A stretch of DNA of 64,000 nucleotides from Chrysomallon squamiferum (lineage: Eukaryota > Animalia > Mollusca). The DNA lies in assembly GCA_012295275.1 (NCBI GenBank), contig CM022670.1, positions 31,620,001 through 31,684,000 on the forward strand, in the 5' to 3' direction. A program made the position numbers and the translations under genes. Shown one piece after another: positions 1-13,313 of this stretch. The first letter of the stretch is position 1; each line of letters opens with the position of its first letter. The notes under the pieces were generated by a model. That model was not told the DNA's origin. It saw only the letters and a program-made list of their open reading frames with translations, and searched no databases.

Positions 1-3000
1 CCCACCAAAGATAGGATGTGTCAATGTCAGTCGCAAAATCAATGGACAGATTCCCAGCACGTATGCTTTTCTGAAACCATATCTTATCTTTAGGAAAACC
101 GTCAATATTCCAAACATTGAATAACACGTCATCGCTTATTTGGAGATAGCCATTAACGTCATATCCAATTTTCATTGCTTCCATCATACATTGCTGGGAG
201 TAAATGCCACCATGTACATTAATTTCGATGAACGACATACCACGCTTTGAAAATTTCAAATTCGAAAATTCATCCAAAGCATCGCCACATATGACTATGT
301 GTGAAAAATGTCTGCCATACATGTAACTGAGATACTTGATGTTTTTCAGGTATCCAGGGTGGTTAAAGATGATAATCAACAATATATCGTCAATCGGGTG
401 TGTTGTCAGTAGTTGTTTGATATAAGGTGTGTAATGCTGATCCTGTTGACAAACGGAATAAAAAGGATTTTTAGTAACAGTCATTTCATATTTTATTTCA
501 TTTCGAAACGTCTTCACTGAAACAGCATTACAAGGATTATAAGCCATGCGATAACCTGTTTTTTCTTTTGTCCTTTTAATTTTAACTAAAGCAGACCGCA
601 TATAAGTCTTTCTTTTAGTAATTGTTCTTTTCGGTTCATATCTGTTTAACAGAAGCATCCAGTTTATTATTTGTGCGTGTTCGTTTGGACTGAAATAACT
701 CCATCCCACCATGAAATTAGTCAACTCACTGACACAGTCGTAAAAGGTATTGTTAATTTTGCATTGCCATTTCGATAACTTCTCTCGAAGAACTCCTAAA
801 TTAATATGTCCATTCTGAATTACTATACTGTCAGCAGTGTTTTCTACAAATTCTTTTACTGCATTATTACTGACAGGTGCTAGAAATTTCGTGGTTCCAT
901 CGAATTCCAACATTAGGCGTTGTATCCAGAAAGACCAGATGTACATTTTATCTGGAGATGCTGCGAGTAATGGTGCCAAACACCAGAACAAATTTCGATG
1001 GAAAAGTGACCCTTTTAAAGATTCCATATGGTATATAAAACTGGGAACAATAACTGGCGGGGCATAATGATCGACACCTTCCATTGATAAAGGTCGCCAA
1101 ACCTTTTGAATGCAAGGGACTGATAAGCTTTGAAGCCTGTATAAAAGTGTCAAATTATTTTCATGACTGTTAGCACATGTAAAATGTTGTGATAGATTCA
1201 AGATACCTTTGTCTTTAAATGTCATTCCTGTTTGCCAAGACTCAGTTTTAAATGATTTTACTTCTTCTATCAAAGATTTGACATCTTTTCCCCAAATAAT
1301 ATATTCTGCACCCATATTTATTATGTAGAACACTCCCTTCACGTGCACTGGCTTCGAGCTTAAATGAAATGGCTTCAACAGCGTGTCTGCAGAATTTTCA
1401 TCGAAATGTATACAACTGATACATCTAGAAGGTATAGAAAATACATCAGATTAGTTAAATTCTGAAAACATTTTTGTGTAAATAATTGTATCTCTTTAGG
1501 AGAATTTAATGCGTGTTACATGTGGTGCCTCAGTAGTGACTAAATCGTTTGCATCCAATATGTGTGATCTGTGGACATTTTTCTGAGATAATTCACCATC
1601 CAAAGTTTCTAGAGTGTAAACATGACCATCCACACTGGGTTTAGCAATCATTTGTAACGTGTTTTTAAACAAGAAAAAATGTATGTATAAATTACAAATT
1701 TAAAAATTAAAAAAAAAAAAAAAAAAAAACACAATAAAAGAGTGTAAAGAAATAAATTGGTTTTGTAAAGTGTACAAAGTTAGGGATTCTCCATCTTTTC
1801 TTGGACAGGTTCGCAGCTTAGAAATTATTTTAACGCCTTTGGCTGTAATTACAGCCTTTGTCGACTCCTTCTGCTTCAGTATGGTACATATCGTAAAAGT
1901 ACTATGCTCGTACTGCCTAGCCATGTTTTTCAATGATTTCATGCTTTAATTCAATGGACATCATCCGCTTCTTCTTCTCAGCACTGTCCTTTGCACTCAT
2001 TTTCTTAGGATCCATGTAAATTTGGCAAAATACTGGGAAAAAAAAAAAAAGCGCGAACAACACAACAGAAATGCTTCCACGGCGAGGTAACCGCGGGATG
2101 CTGGGCGGATGTTGTGTCGTTCGTTGCGCCAACTAGCGGCGGCGTATCAGAAGCTAGCTCGTATCTCGGAGTTTGGCTCGTAACTCAAAGCAAAAAGTTG
2201 ACCGGACGACTGCTCATAAGTAGGAAATCTCGTAAGTTGGAGCACTTTAATTGTTACTTCAAATCACATCCGCTCTTTTTATTGTTTCCGCTAATTTTTC
2301 CAACTCCATGCGTTGTTATAAAACAGCTTGCTCTATTAGAATATTAATTTTTTTCAAGTTTCAAGTAATTAAGCAGCGAGAGCGAAGGAAACGGTCAAGA
2401 CTAGAGTTCAGACAGGCGGAGAAACCAATGTTTTTGAATGGCATTGTCTTTACGGACGACTATGGTAAGCAACTGTCTATTCTTATTTTGATAGGGTGTA
2501 ATGTGCAATTAATCTGTGTCAATAACATTTATTATACCTTAAATTTTAATGTTTTAATCTCTCCTCCGTGCAGATTCTTATTTTGTCTTGGTTGCCTGTA
2601 TAACCTTTTCTCGTATCTTTAATCAAAATTACTTAAACGTATGTTTTATGATTGTATAATGTATTATTATCAAGTCACCTCTATATCTTAATTAAATAAT
2701 TAACGTGGACCTTAACTTGTGTTTATTTCTCTAGTGATAGATAGACTTATTGTCAGTTTAGCGTTTATATTCCTTGTTAGGTGGCCATTAAAGGACCTTG
2801 TTACCCTAGACTGAGCCTTAATAAAGATGTTTAAAGATGTGAGCCCCGAGACATTGGCGCAACGAACAACACAACTTCAGGCCAGTATCCTACATCTCAT
2901 TCGTTTGCTTCACGTGGTTACCTCACCACGGAAGCGTCTCTGTTGTGTTGTGTTCGCGATTTGTGCAGTATTTTGCCATGGATCGTAAGAAAGTGAGTGC

Positions 3001-4664
3001 GAAGAACAGTGCTGCGAAGAAGAAGCAGATGATGGCCATTGAATTAAAGCATGAAATCATAGTAAAACATGAGCGAGGTGTTCATGTAGTTGACTTGGCT
3101 AGGCAGTACGAGCGTAGTACCATATCAAGCAGAAGGAGTCGATAAAGGCTGTAACTCCAGCCAAGGGCTTTAAAATAATTTGTCTGATCTCCAAATAAAT
3201 ACACTTTACAAAACCAATTAATTTCTTTACATTCTCTTTTATTTTGTTTTTTTATACAATATTTGTCATTTATAAATACGTTTTTCTTATTTAAAAACAT
3301 GTTGCCAAAATATGGGGTGGTTTCGAGGGCTGGAACGGATTAATGGTATTTCAATTAATTTCAGTTGCGAAAATTGATTTAATATACAAGCAAATTGAGT
3401 TACGAGCTCGATCACGGAACGAATTAAACTCGTACGTCAAGGTACCACTGTATATGTATTTTTAAAAACAATATTCCTAATTAAATATTCAATCTCATTA
3501 ATCAAGAGAACTTAATACAGGTAAAGCTAAATGTAAAGGTTTAACAATGGCTCAGAACTAATCTGTAGACAAATTAAACCATTTTCCTTTTGTTTAATAG
3601 TAAAAATGGTAGAAGTAGACCTAGCAGCAGTAATAAAGGTAGTAATAGAGGCACCGGACCAATTATCCGGCGTCCTGAAATCAGGAAAGGCCAGAAAACC
3701 GGAATTTTTTCCCCGACGCTATTTTCATAGTTGGTGCGCGCGGGTGTTATCCTCACCTAACCGGAACTACTCTTTCAAGCCGCGTGGCATTCATTCACTA
3801 GCCACACTGTTTACGTGTCGAGTCGCCACAGTTGTGTATCGTCAATTTTCTTTATGTTTTTAATTTTAAAATGTTTATGCCTAATTATTTAAGTATTTAG
3901 ATGCCTTGGTACCAAACCGGAAACTCCACAAATCCGGAATACCTATACTACTGCTAGTAGTAACAGAAGTAATAATGATGATGATGATGATGATGATAGA
4001 TTATGTAATACATTATTATTATTATTTTGACCTTATTTTATTTTTCAGTGTGTCTCCTAGTATCAAAAGTATCCACCCAGGCACGTCAATTTGTGTCGTA
4101 TCCATTGGTCTATCAATGACGTCTACTATAATCCACCTATCCCCTAAAGGAGGCTTTCTGAAAGGATATTTGTAAATTTAAAAAGACACAATCATAAACG
4201 CGCATACATATACACTCACACAACTCGAAAGTTCACTTAGTTGCACAATAAAGAAGCATAGTACAATTTTCATAAGTTTGTTGAAAATAAAATTTTATGG
4301 CAAAGAAAAATAACTTTTCTGCATGTTTTAATAATAAATAAATACATTTATATACACACAGACATAGTCAACATATAAATATAGAAATAGAAGGAAATGA
4401 ATTGTCAAATATTTCAAATAATATTCAAAATAAATAAATTAATAAATAAATAAATAACCAAACAAATAAATAAAAACAAAAATAAAATAAATGTCAGAAA
4501 AAAACGAAAAAAAAACGGACAAAAAAGAAGTAATTTTTTATTCTTTCATTATCTTACCTGTTTAAAACTGTCTGCGGCAAATGGTTGATGTTGATTAAAT
4601 CATTGATGTGAAGGTACATAACCATAACGAACAGAATCGTGGTCACTGTCAGAACTACTCTCAT
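1..4664 (-). CDS. DUF288/STELLO-like type II membrane glycosyltransferase, divergent; 3' end lies outside the window
   Basis: Exon 1 (4664-4558) encodes a signal anchor, MRVVLTVTTILFVMVMYLHINDLININHLPQTVLN, and ends AG|gtaagat (phase 2). It matches the acceptor ctaat...ttctataccttctag|A at 1424. Exon 2 is open from 1424 to the window edge (>470 codons). It carries STELLO-like motifs in order: APPVIVP, LFHRNLFWCL, WSFWIQRLMLEFDG, LSKWQC, DILLIIIFNHP...YMYGRHFSHIVICG, GYLQISDDVLFNVWN...DKIWF. Confidence 0.8.
1500..1651 (-). mobile_element. Possible Gypsy/LTR integrase C-terminal remnant in the intron
   Basis: Minus-strand translation IAKPSVDGHVYTLETLDGELSQKNVHRSHILDANDLV resembles the VY-x-[LV]...DG...[LV]HR-x-H[LI] tail of Gypsy integrases. 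It is cut off by the Tigger copy at about 1652. Confidence 0.35.
1652..2248 (-). mobile_element. Internally deleted Tigger/pogo DNA transposon, copy A
   Basis: Frameshifted CENP-B/HTH_psq N-terminus MDPKKMSAKDSAEKKKRMMSIELKHEIIEKH.../ARQYEHSTFTICTILKQKESTKAV. A degenerate 5' terminus lies near 2225-2248. The sequence is clearly homologous to copy B. Confidence 0.85.
2838..3450 (+). mobile_element. Internally deleted Tigger/pogo DNA transposon, copy B, with 3' TIR
   Basis: Encodes MDRKKVSAKNSAAKKKQMMAIELKHEIIVKHERGVHVVDLARQYERST. Ends ...cgtcaaggtaccactg|TA, a Tigger-type CAGTGGTACC terminus followed by TA. Confidence 0.85.
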
Positions 4665-5946
4665 GCTGAACAGCTTTGAACACCGCAAACGAAAACGTTC
4701 ACTAAAATTGAAGTTCACGTTAGACAATAATTGTATATGTAACTATTATTTGACATTAATTGTTTATAGTTTTCACCAAACTTCATAAACAATATTATAT
4801 TTTTATGAGAACTATTTTTTGTGTTATTATTGTAAGAGAGAGAGAGAGAGAGACATATCACAAATTAGTATAAAATGTTTTTGCGTTGCCGAGGATCACT
4901 ATTTTAAGTTGGGAAGCGTGTAGAACAGAGAAATAATAACCATTGTTTCCTATTCTATAAAGGTCAGTATTCAGACGCCGAACGAAGCACTGTCAAATGG
5001 AAAGTCCGTCAGAGGAGAAGTCGTTCGCACGTTCTCGTGCTGAAGTCTGACGAAATACCGTCGAGCGAAGTCGGGTGTTTGGAAACATACTGACAGTAAA
5101 TTGATTTGTTAAACAAACTTGGAATTTATTTCTGTGGATTGAAAAATTAACATATTATTCTTTCTGTTTCAAACATGAACGTAACTTATTCTTTAGTTCT
5201 CAGTTTATAAAATATAAGATCTAATGTTTGTAAACAACATATTTTGTTTTGGATATATAATTGCTGTTAACAATTCAGACGACAGCACCATAAATTAACT
5301 TCATACCGAGTTAACAAGGCCTGAAATACGAATTGTTTGTTATTTTGTGATGTAGTGATTTTCGATTAGATTACTGCTATTGTACTAATGTTGACAGTTT
5401 GAAATGACAATTCAGTTACAGTATAACGAATCCTCAACCAAATATGTCTCTACTGTTTGAAGCATTATGATGTGTGCCTAGAACATTTGGTTGAATTTAC
5501 AAACGGATATCAAGATAATGCATCATGTGATCAAAAGAATATGCTACCACCAATTTTAATATGGAAAAATAATTTATGTCTAATTATTTATTTAATAAAT
5601 AAATTTTTATAAATCACATGACGTTGTTTCGAACTCTTACTATGCATCATTTCCGAACGTCGTGGCAAACACAGGAAAAAAAACCAACAAATCCCAACGT
5701 AATAATAATCTTAGAAACCTGTGTTAAATCAAGGCGATGATATGTTTTGTACAGTTTGTTGCATATATTTGAGGCATAGAAAGATACTACTACTAATAAT
5801 AATTTTAAAAAACTAAAAACTTTCTTACCGTCATTAAACCGGAAGCGACAGTAACGATGCACATGCAATGATAATGACGACTAAAACTGAACCAAATGAA
5901 GCATGGGAATGGGAGGGACCACACACACACACACACATATACATAT

Positions 5947-5984
<38 letters not shown>

Positions 5985-6514
5985 TGCCTACCTAGAAAGA
6001 TAGAAATAATTTAACTTGCATATCTGATGTTATTTCCAATTTCACTACTGAAGTGGAACGGGACCAGCAGATGTTATTTCTCTAACATACTGATTGAACT
6101 AAAACTATGAAATATGCTTACGCATCCTGCTGTTATTATTTTTAAACGAATACTAATAAACCTAGTTTAGCTCAAACACCTGTTAGCGTTACATAAATAG
6201 AAGCTTTATTAATGACACAATGATTTAATTTAAACTATTATAAGTTTTTCAAAGCTACAGTTGAAAGAAAATTTCAACATGTAAATTAAAGAGACAAGTT
6301 AAGAATTTGTAAGTCCCCTTTAAATATAAAGCTCAATATTACGATTAGTTTATTAATAAAATACTGAATAAACAAATAACTTTTTCTTTGTGTGTGTGTG
6401 TGTGTGCGTGTGCCTGTGTGTAACGGACGGGGGGGGGGGCGGATAATGAATTATGTTGGATAATATATATATAACTCATTATTTACTCACTATATGAGTT
6501 ACTCATAAAATAGT

Positions 6515-7320
6515 TGTCCTGGGAACAAGCAACCAAGACGGAGTTTAAATCAAAAGGCTTTAATAATAGGTAATCCCTGATACAGAAATATTAAAGTATA
6601 CAACACCGTGAATGGCGTGTCCAAGGAGGAGAAACTGACGACTTTCATAAAACCGTATTTAATTAATACAAAGTATAATCAAGCTTCTACAGTTATAAAA
6701 TCAGAACAAATCAAACAAAAACAAAAACAAAACCTAAATCCCTGTTGTTTGGATATAAAGAAAACAAATTTATAAACTAACATATTCAACAAAAATATTA
6801 TCAAATACAATATATTAATATGTAGTTCATTACAATCAAACCTGCAGAGAAGTCAGTTCCATGTATTTAAATATTAACATCAGCTGTCAAAGTTCATTAG
6901 TCATAGCTTCAGTGAGAAGTAAAACTGCTACAGTTCAATATTGCCTATTCATATTATTACATGCTATGACAATCTTATGTTAAAGTAGAAGTAACTTAAT
7001 ACGAATCTTGAAATGCCATTAATATAGTCCCACTCAGTCTTATACTAATTTCAGTTTCGCACAATCTCATGTGTTAAAAGTAATCTTTAACAAAAGCAAT
7101 TAACTGGAATGTTTATCTAATAATAAGGGGTTCTGTTGTCTTTTGTAGGAACCCATTAAAACCTAGCCGCTACCAGATCAAAGGGTATATTCCCAGTGCT
7201 AATGAAAGCTCCCAATAGCAGGCAGTAATCTTAACCTATCTTGCTAGCACCTTTCTCCCATCCGATTACGTTTATGAATCAATTACTTTAAAAACATTAA
7301 ATACTGACCTTTATTTCTCT

Positions 7321-7326
<6 letters not shown>
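6515..7326. mobile_element. Possible solo LTR just upstream of ENOSF1
   Basis: An ~810-bp block bounded by TGT...ACA (tgtcctgggaac ... tctctataaca), with complex non-genic composition and an ATTAAA on the minus strand near the left end. No target-site duplication is visible because the right flank merges into (CA)n. Confidence 0.3.
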
Positions 7327-7372
<46 letters not shown>

Positions 7373-7473
7373 TAACGTTAAAATTGATCAAGAGTAACCC
7401 GTGACCGTAAACAAAGGCAGTAAGATATAAATTTAATTACATCTAAAGAGAGTCTACGGTAAAGACAGATGCA

Positions 7474-7714
7474 ATGGCTCCTACGACAATAACTGGTTAT
7501 TCGCTGAAAGATATTCGCTTTCCTACATCTCTAGAAAAGGATGGATCTGATGCTATGGTATGCACTGTGGCCCGACGTCACTTTTAAAACTTCAGTATTA
7601 ACGAGCTGACATTTGCATCTGTATATAAAGAACTGTAATCAAAGGGATAAAAAATAGGAAAAGGGGCGGACGTATTTACCGTTTCAATTAACCGTAAATA
7701 TTCTGTTAAAGGGA

Positions 7715-7766
<52 letters not shown>

Positions 7767-8488
7767 TTATTTTATTAATTTTTTTAAATTGCAGTCAGAT
7801 GTGATTTTAAAATAAAATATTTTAGAAAATTATTAATTTAAAACACTGTTAATTTGTTATTATGTTTTAATTAAAAAAAAAAGTAAAAAGAAGTATTAAT
7901 CTATTTTTTAATAGAACAAGGCACCTGATTATTCAGCACCTTATCTTATACTGAAAACAGATTCGGAGGTCGAAGGTCATGGAATCACTTTCACTTTGGG
8001 AAAAGGAAATACAATTGGTGAGACTTACAGTTATACAGCATGTCATGATTTGAAAAACCCCACCTCAAACACCCAAAAACTGAAAAATAAAGTAACTAAA
8101 AAAATAAAGTAATAAATTAAAGTAATTAAAATAAATACATAAATAAAAAGAGAAAAAAGTACTAACAAAAACAAAATAATAATAAAAAGATAATTAAACT
8201 CCAAAAAACTACAGCCACAAACAAAATAAAAAACCACTGCTTCAGTCACTGAATGAATTTATGCATTTTTATGTTAATGCATAACTGCAATATACACATT
8301 ACCATGTGATAATAATAAAGTAATAATAAAGTACAACAGTTAAAAAATCTAAGGAGACACACAAAGGCAACCATATCTCCATTTTTGCTGCTTTCATATC
8401 ATAATAATATGTAGAATTAGTTTTTAATTTTCTTTTTTAATTTCTTGGCAGTAATAAATCATAATTTTACATCACAAAGCAACTCATT

Positions 8489-8533
<45 letters not shown>

Positions 8534-11500
8534 TTGATGATGAATCTGATGAATTATTATTGTTATTAAAAACAGCCATCTTATTCTTCTTGTTTGTTCT
8601 GCAGTGTGCCATGCTGTTGACTATCTAATTAAGATGGTTGTTGGACAGGAGCTGTCAGATATTTATTCTGATTTTGGAGCATTCTGGCAAACACTAACTA
8701 GTGAGGATCAGATGAGATGGGTAAATTAAAACATTGTTTTTTACACATCCTTTTTTACCCTTTGTGACACACTAGTAGTGTATAGGTGACAACAGACACT
8801 TCTCAACATCTGTAGATCGTACTTAAATAGATCCATACTTACACAATGATTATCTTGCCTTGTTTTTTTGTTAATAAACAGGTGATATTGTTATGTATTT
8901 TGACACACAGGTTATCTATAGGCTGTACTCTGACATACATATGAATACAGATATTTCTCAACGAACACAGATCCTGGCTTGATTTTTTGGTTGATTTTTT
9001 TTATTTTTAAATTAAAGAGTTAATATTAGCAAAGTATAGGGTATGCTCTGAAAGACATGAATGGAGCACTTCTCAGCATACATATATGTCCTGCTTACAC
9101 AGATCCATACATGTGTAAAGATTTCAGGCATAGTTTTAAAAACTTAATCCTACTAATATTATTATGACTTTATGACACTCCAGAAATATTTAGAGTATCA
9201 TCTAGTTTATATGTGTTTTGTAAGTCAGGAAATGTCTGTATCTCTTTTGTTTGTTTGTTGCTGTTTTTTAAATATTTTACTTATTATTTCTGATCAGTGT
9301 GTATGCGTGTCTGTAAATATTCAGTAATCACAACTGCAGACATGCATTCATAATAACTATACATTGGTAATCATTTCATGCCTTTTTTTTTTAAATCTGA
9401 ATTTCAGTTTTGTTTAATTAAATAACTGCAATAGTACCACGAAAACATTTTTTAAATAATTTTTATGACTGAGGTAATAAAGTATACATATATACATACA
9501 TTATATATAAAACAGTTCTATTAATTATATTTTTTTGTGCATGGTAATTATGCATATATATTTGCTAAAAGGATGGGTATTTTCAGATTGTTTGACATTA
9601 TAAGAGTATCAAACAGCTTAATTATTAAGTTCATAACATAATGGATGTTTTAACATTTTACAAATCCTATAATTACCTTTGTCAGAAAATAAATGTCATA
9701 TAACCACAGACTGTAAATGTGTTTGATGTATTATTAAACAAAACATTTATTTCTTACTTTCTTTTGTTTTGGATTTATTTAACTATGTTTTTGTTTGTAG
9801 CACTTATTGAAAAAGTGTTCAATGCATTGCTAAATAAAATATTTATTTTATTCATTCTTTCTTATGGATTTATTTATCTATGTTTTTTTTTTGTAGCTTG
9901 GTCCAGAGAAAGGAGTAATGCATTTAGCCGTGGCAGCCATTATTAATGCACTCTGGGATTTGTGGGCTAAGATAGAAGGAAAAGTAATTAAAATTTGTTT
10001 TTATCAAACATATTTTGATTATGAGAATAGTGCATTAGTGTAATAAAATCCAAATAAAACTAGGAAACATAAGTTTTGCTAAATATTTTATTCATTTTTC
10101 ATGATATAAAATTGTAGAGTACTGTCTGATAATTATAATTATGTAAACAAATATTTATAAATATTTAATCTAAACTCCTTTTTCCATTTCTATGCTGAGA
10201 CTATATTTAAAATAATATAATTATAAAAATATGTAGCAATTTAGTTAGGACTGTAAAATACTTAAGAATATAAAAATATTGCATTTTTTGTAATTATTCG
10301 AGTTTTTTCAATGTTTTTTTAAAAATGTTTTATTTATTAAATTTTAACAAAACATTATTTTTTATTTTTTAATATAACATTAGCTTATTTTTAGTTTTTA
10401 AAATTTATTCATATTAATAAATTAATTTATTTATTTTATAATTTTGCAGCCTCTTTGGAAATTGTTAGTGGACATGGTAGGCCAAAATCTTATGTTTATT
10501 TAAATTTAATGTTAAAAATATTTGAAAATTCTTCAAGGAAAATAATATTTAATGTCCCAAGTTTAGTGAGTTCAAAATAATCATATGTCAGCAAGAATGG
10601 CCAACTGGCTGCTGAACTCATTTAAATGTAGGCAGTCATTGCCATTTTTGTAAAAATTTCCAACATGAGAGGGTTCTATCTCTTGTCCAATCAAGCCCTA
10701 TTTTCAGCAGATTCAAATGGGGAGAAGTTTCATGCATTAAGTGATTTGATGTGTAAAGATCCATTAACAGAAATATAATTTAATTAGTCAAAATATTTAT
10801 GGAGTAACGTAGCTATACTATATTTGAAATGTTTTTGTAAAAAAAACTGCTTACTTTCTTTTCCTTCATTTTTCTCAGGAACCTGAAAAGCTAGTATCCA
10901 CTATAGATTTTAGATATATGTAAGTATTTATTTTATTTTACTTTCTAAATTTTTATTTCATTTCAGTTTTTACTGATAAAAATAATTTATATATAATATT
11001 CTTTTTGGTGTTTAATGTTTTACTTTTTCACAGTAACTGTTAACTTGTTTATACTTCTTACCGTGTAATTTCTTAATTTATTTCATGTTGCTGTTTTATA
11101 TTTTTATATATTTAATATATTTGTTTTATATATTATACTGCTTTTAATAATAATAAACAAATAAATAATAAAAACAGTGACAAAACAATAATAATAATAG
11201 CAGAAAAAATTAAGTTTAACTAAAGTAAATATTAAAATATCATTGTATAGTTTTATTATAGAACAGATGCTTTAACCAAAGAAGAAGCAATAGGTAATTA
11301 ATAATTTGCATTAGTTTTTTTTTTTTTTTTTCAGGGTTGATGGATTTAAATTTTTTCTTAATAAAATTAATAAATATTTAACTTAAAATTAGGAAAGTGA
11401 AACAAATTTTTGTAATCTTTCCAGGCAAGATTAAGATGGTTAAGAACAAAATAAATATTTATAATTTTGTTTATAGTCATTATATAAAATAAAATGCATT

Positions 11501-12074
11501 TGTCTGTTTATATCAGATTTTGCAGGATTTAGTTCTAACATTTCTGCTTTAAAACATGTAATACTATTAAACATCTTTCACCAAATAATTGTTGACAGCT
11601 CTTTTCAAAAACAGAAATAGTGAAATTAAAATAATATATTATTATACCAAAAATTATAATAAAATAGCAAGAGGAAAAGTAACAGAAAAAACATGATATA
11701 TTGCATATTTTATTTTAGAAATATTAAGAAGAATGCAAGAAGGAAAGAAAGAAAGAGGTAAGGAAATGAAACTAATAAGACATTAGTTAAGTTATTTGAG
11801 ATATTTATATTAATCTTTTATATATTTATTGATGAGATGTGTTCATCATTTAATAACCTTCTTAATAATTTAATTTGTGATTTATGAAGTATATTTTTGT
11901 GTCCTTAGGTCATAAAATAAGTGTTTTTTGATAAGGCCATTTATCTAATTGTAATTCCAATTGTGTTAATGGCCACAGTATACATTGTCTTTTCAATGTA
12001 TTTGAAAATCATTTTCTTTAAATAATACGAGAAATCAGATGAAAGATAACAGCAATTCATATATCTTATATCAT

Positions 12075-12112
<38 letters not shown>

Positions 12113-13262
12113 AAAAATAACATATTTAAATTCATTGCCATACATACATACATTTATCTGACATGTTATGAAAGTCCTTGTTTAGATACTTAATGAAATG
12201 TTGTTAATATTTTATTATTGATGAGTAAATTTTGCTTTCAGAAAATGAAATAATTTCAAAAGGGGTCCCTGCATATACAACTACTGTTGGCTGGCTTGGC
12301 TATTCTGATGAAAAAGTCAGGAAAGTAAGAAACTTTTGGTGTATTTGTAATATTTTTCTACTCATAAATGTGATTAGAAACAAGATGATTTAAAGAATAT
12401 GATAAAAAAAAAAGTCTAACTGGAATTGTTGTTTGAGTGTTTATTTTATTTTTGATTAATTTGTTTATTTTAATTCTTTGTTCATTTATTTAACTATTGG
12501 ATTTATTATTATTATTTTTTTTCATATTTAATTTATATATATGTAAACAAACACACTCACACATAGACACACATATATTATTAATTTATTTTCTTATTTT
12601 CTTTATTTATTTTCTTATTTATTTTACTTACTTTCTTATTTATTTATTTACTTATTTTATTTTATTTATTTTTGCTCATGTAAATTATAAGAGGAAAATT
12701 CATTAATATTTATAAAAAATTCTTTTGGTTTCATTATATTGTTTAGAAAATATACCCACTATTTCTTTGTAATTTTTGTTAAATATGCTTAACACAGTTT
12801 TACTCAACATGTTACTAACAACTTTTTCTTGATAACATATGATGTCTAATATCTATGTAAGCTGTTAATTTTCCTTGGATTTAAAAATTCATGATGTCAT
12901 ATTTATTATTTTTATTTTTATTTTTTGTTTTCAGTTGTGCAAAGAAGCTCAGGCTGAAGGTTGGACTAAGTAAGTTTGTACAATTGCTGAAAGCTGAGAA
13001 CAGTTGCTACATCTTACCCCTCTGCTACCAGGCTTTTATTGATCCGATCTTAATGGATGTTTTTTAACTTTCTGACTACTTGTTTCTCTAAAACTGAATA
13101 TCAGTCCGTTATAAAATATAATGGTGCCAAGAACAAAAAAGGCCAATTAAAATAAAAAAAAAAAAAAGAAAGAAAGAAAGAAAGAAAGAAAGAAATAAGT
13201 AAAGAAATAAAATAAATAAATACAATAATTAAATACGAAAAAACAACAACAAACAACTAAAA

Positions 13263-13313
<51 letters not shown>

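Noticed and set aside
837-1067. + strand 76-aa ORF
   Set aside because: It is the antisense shadow of the long minus-strand DUF288-like exon.
3606-3945. GC-richer block with CCGGA repeats and an 85-aa ORF
   Set aside because: It probably reflects transposon subterminal repeats, but no clear termini or protein motif could be defined.
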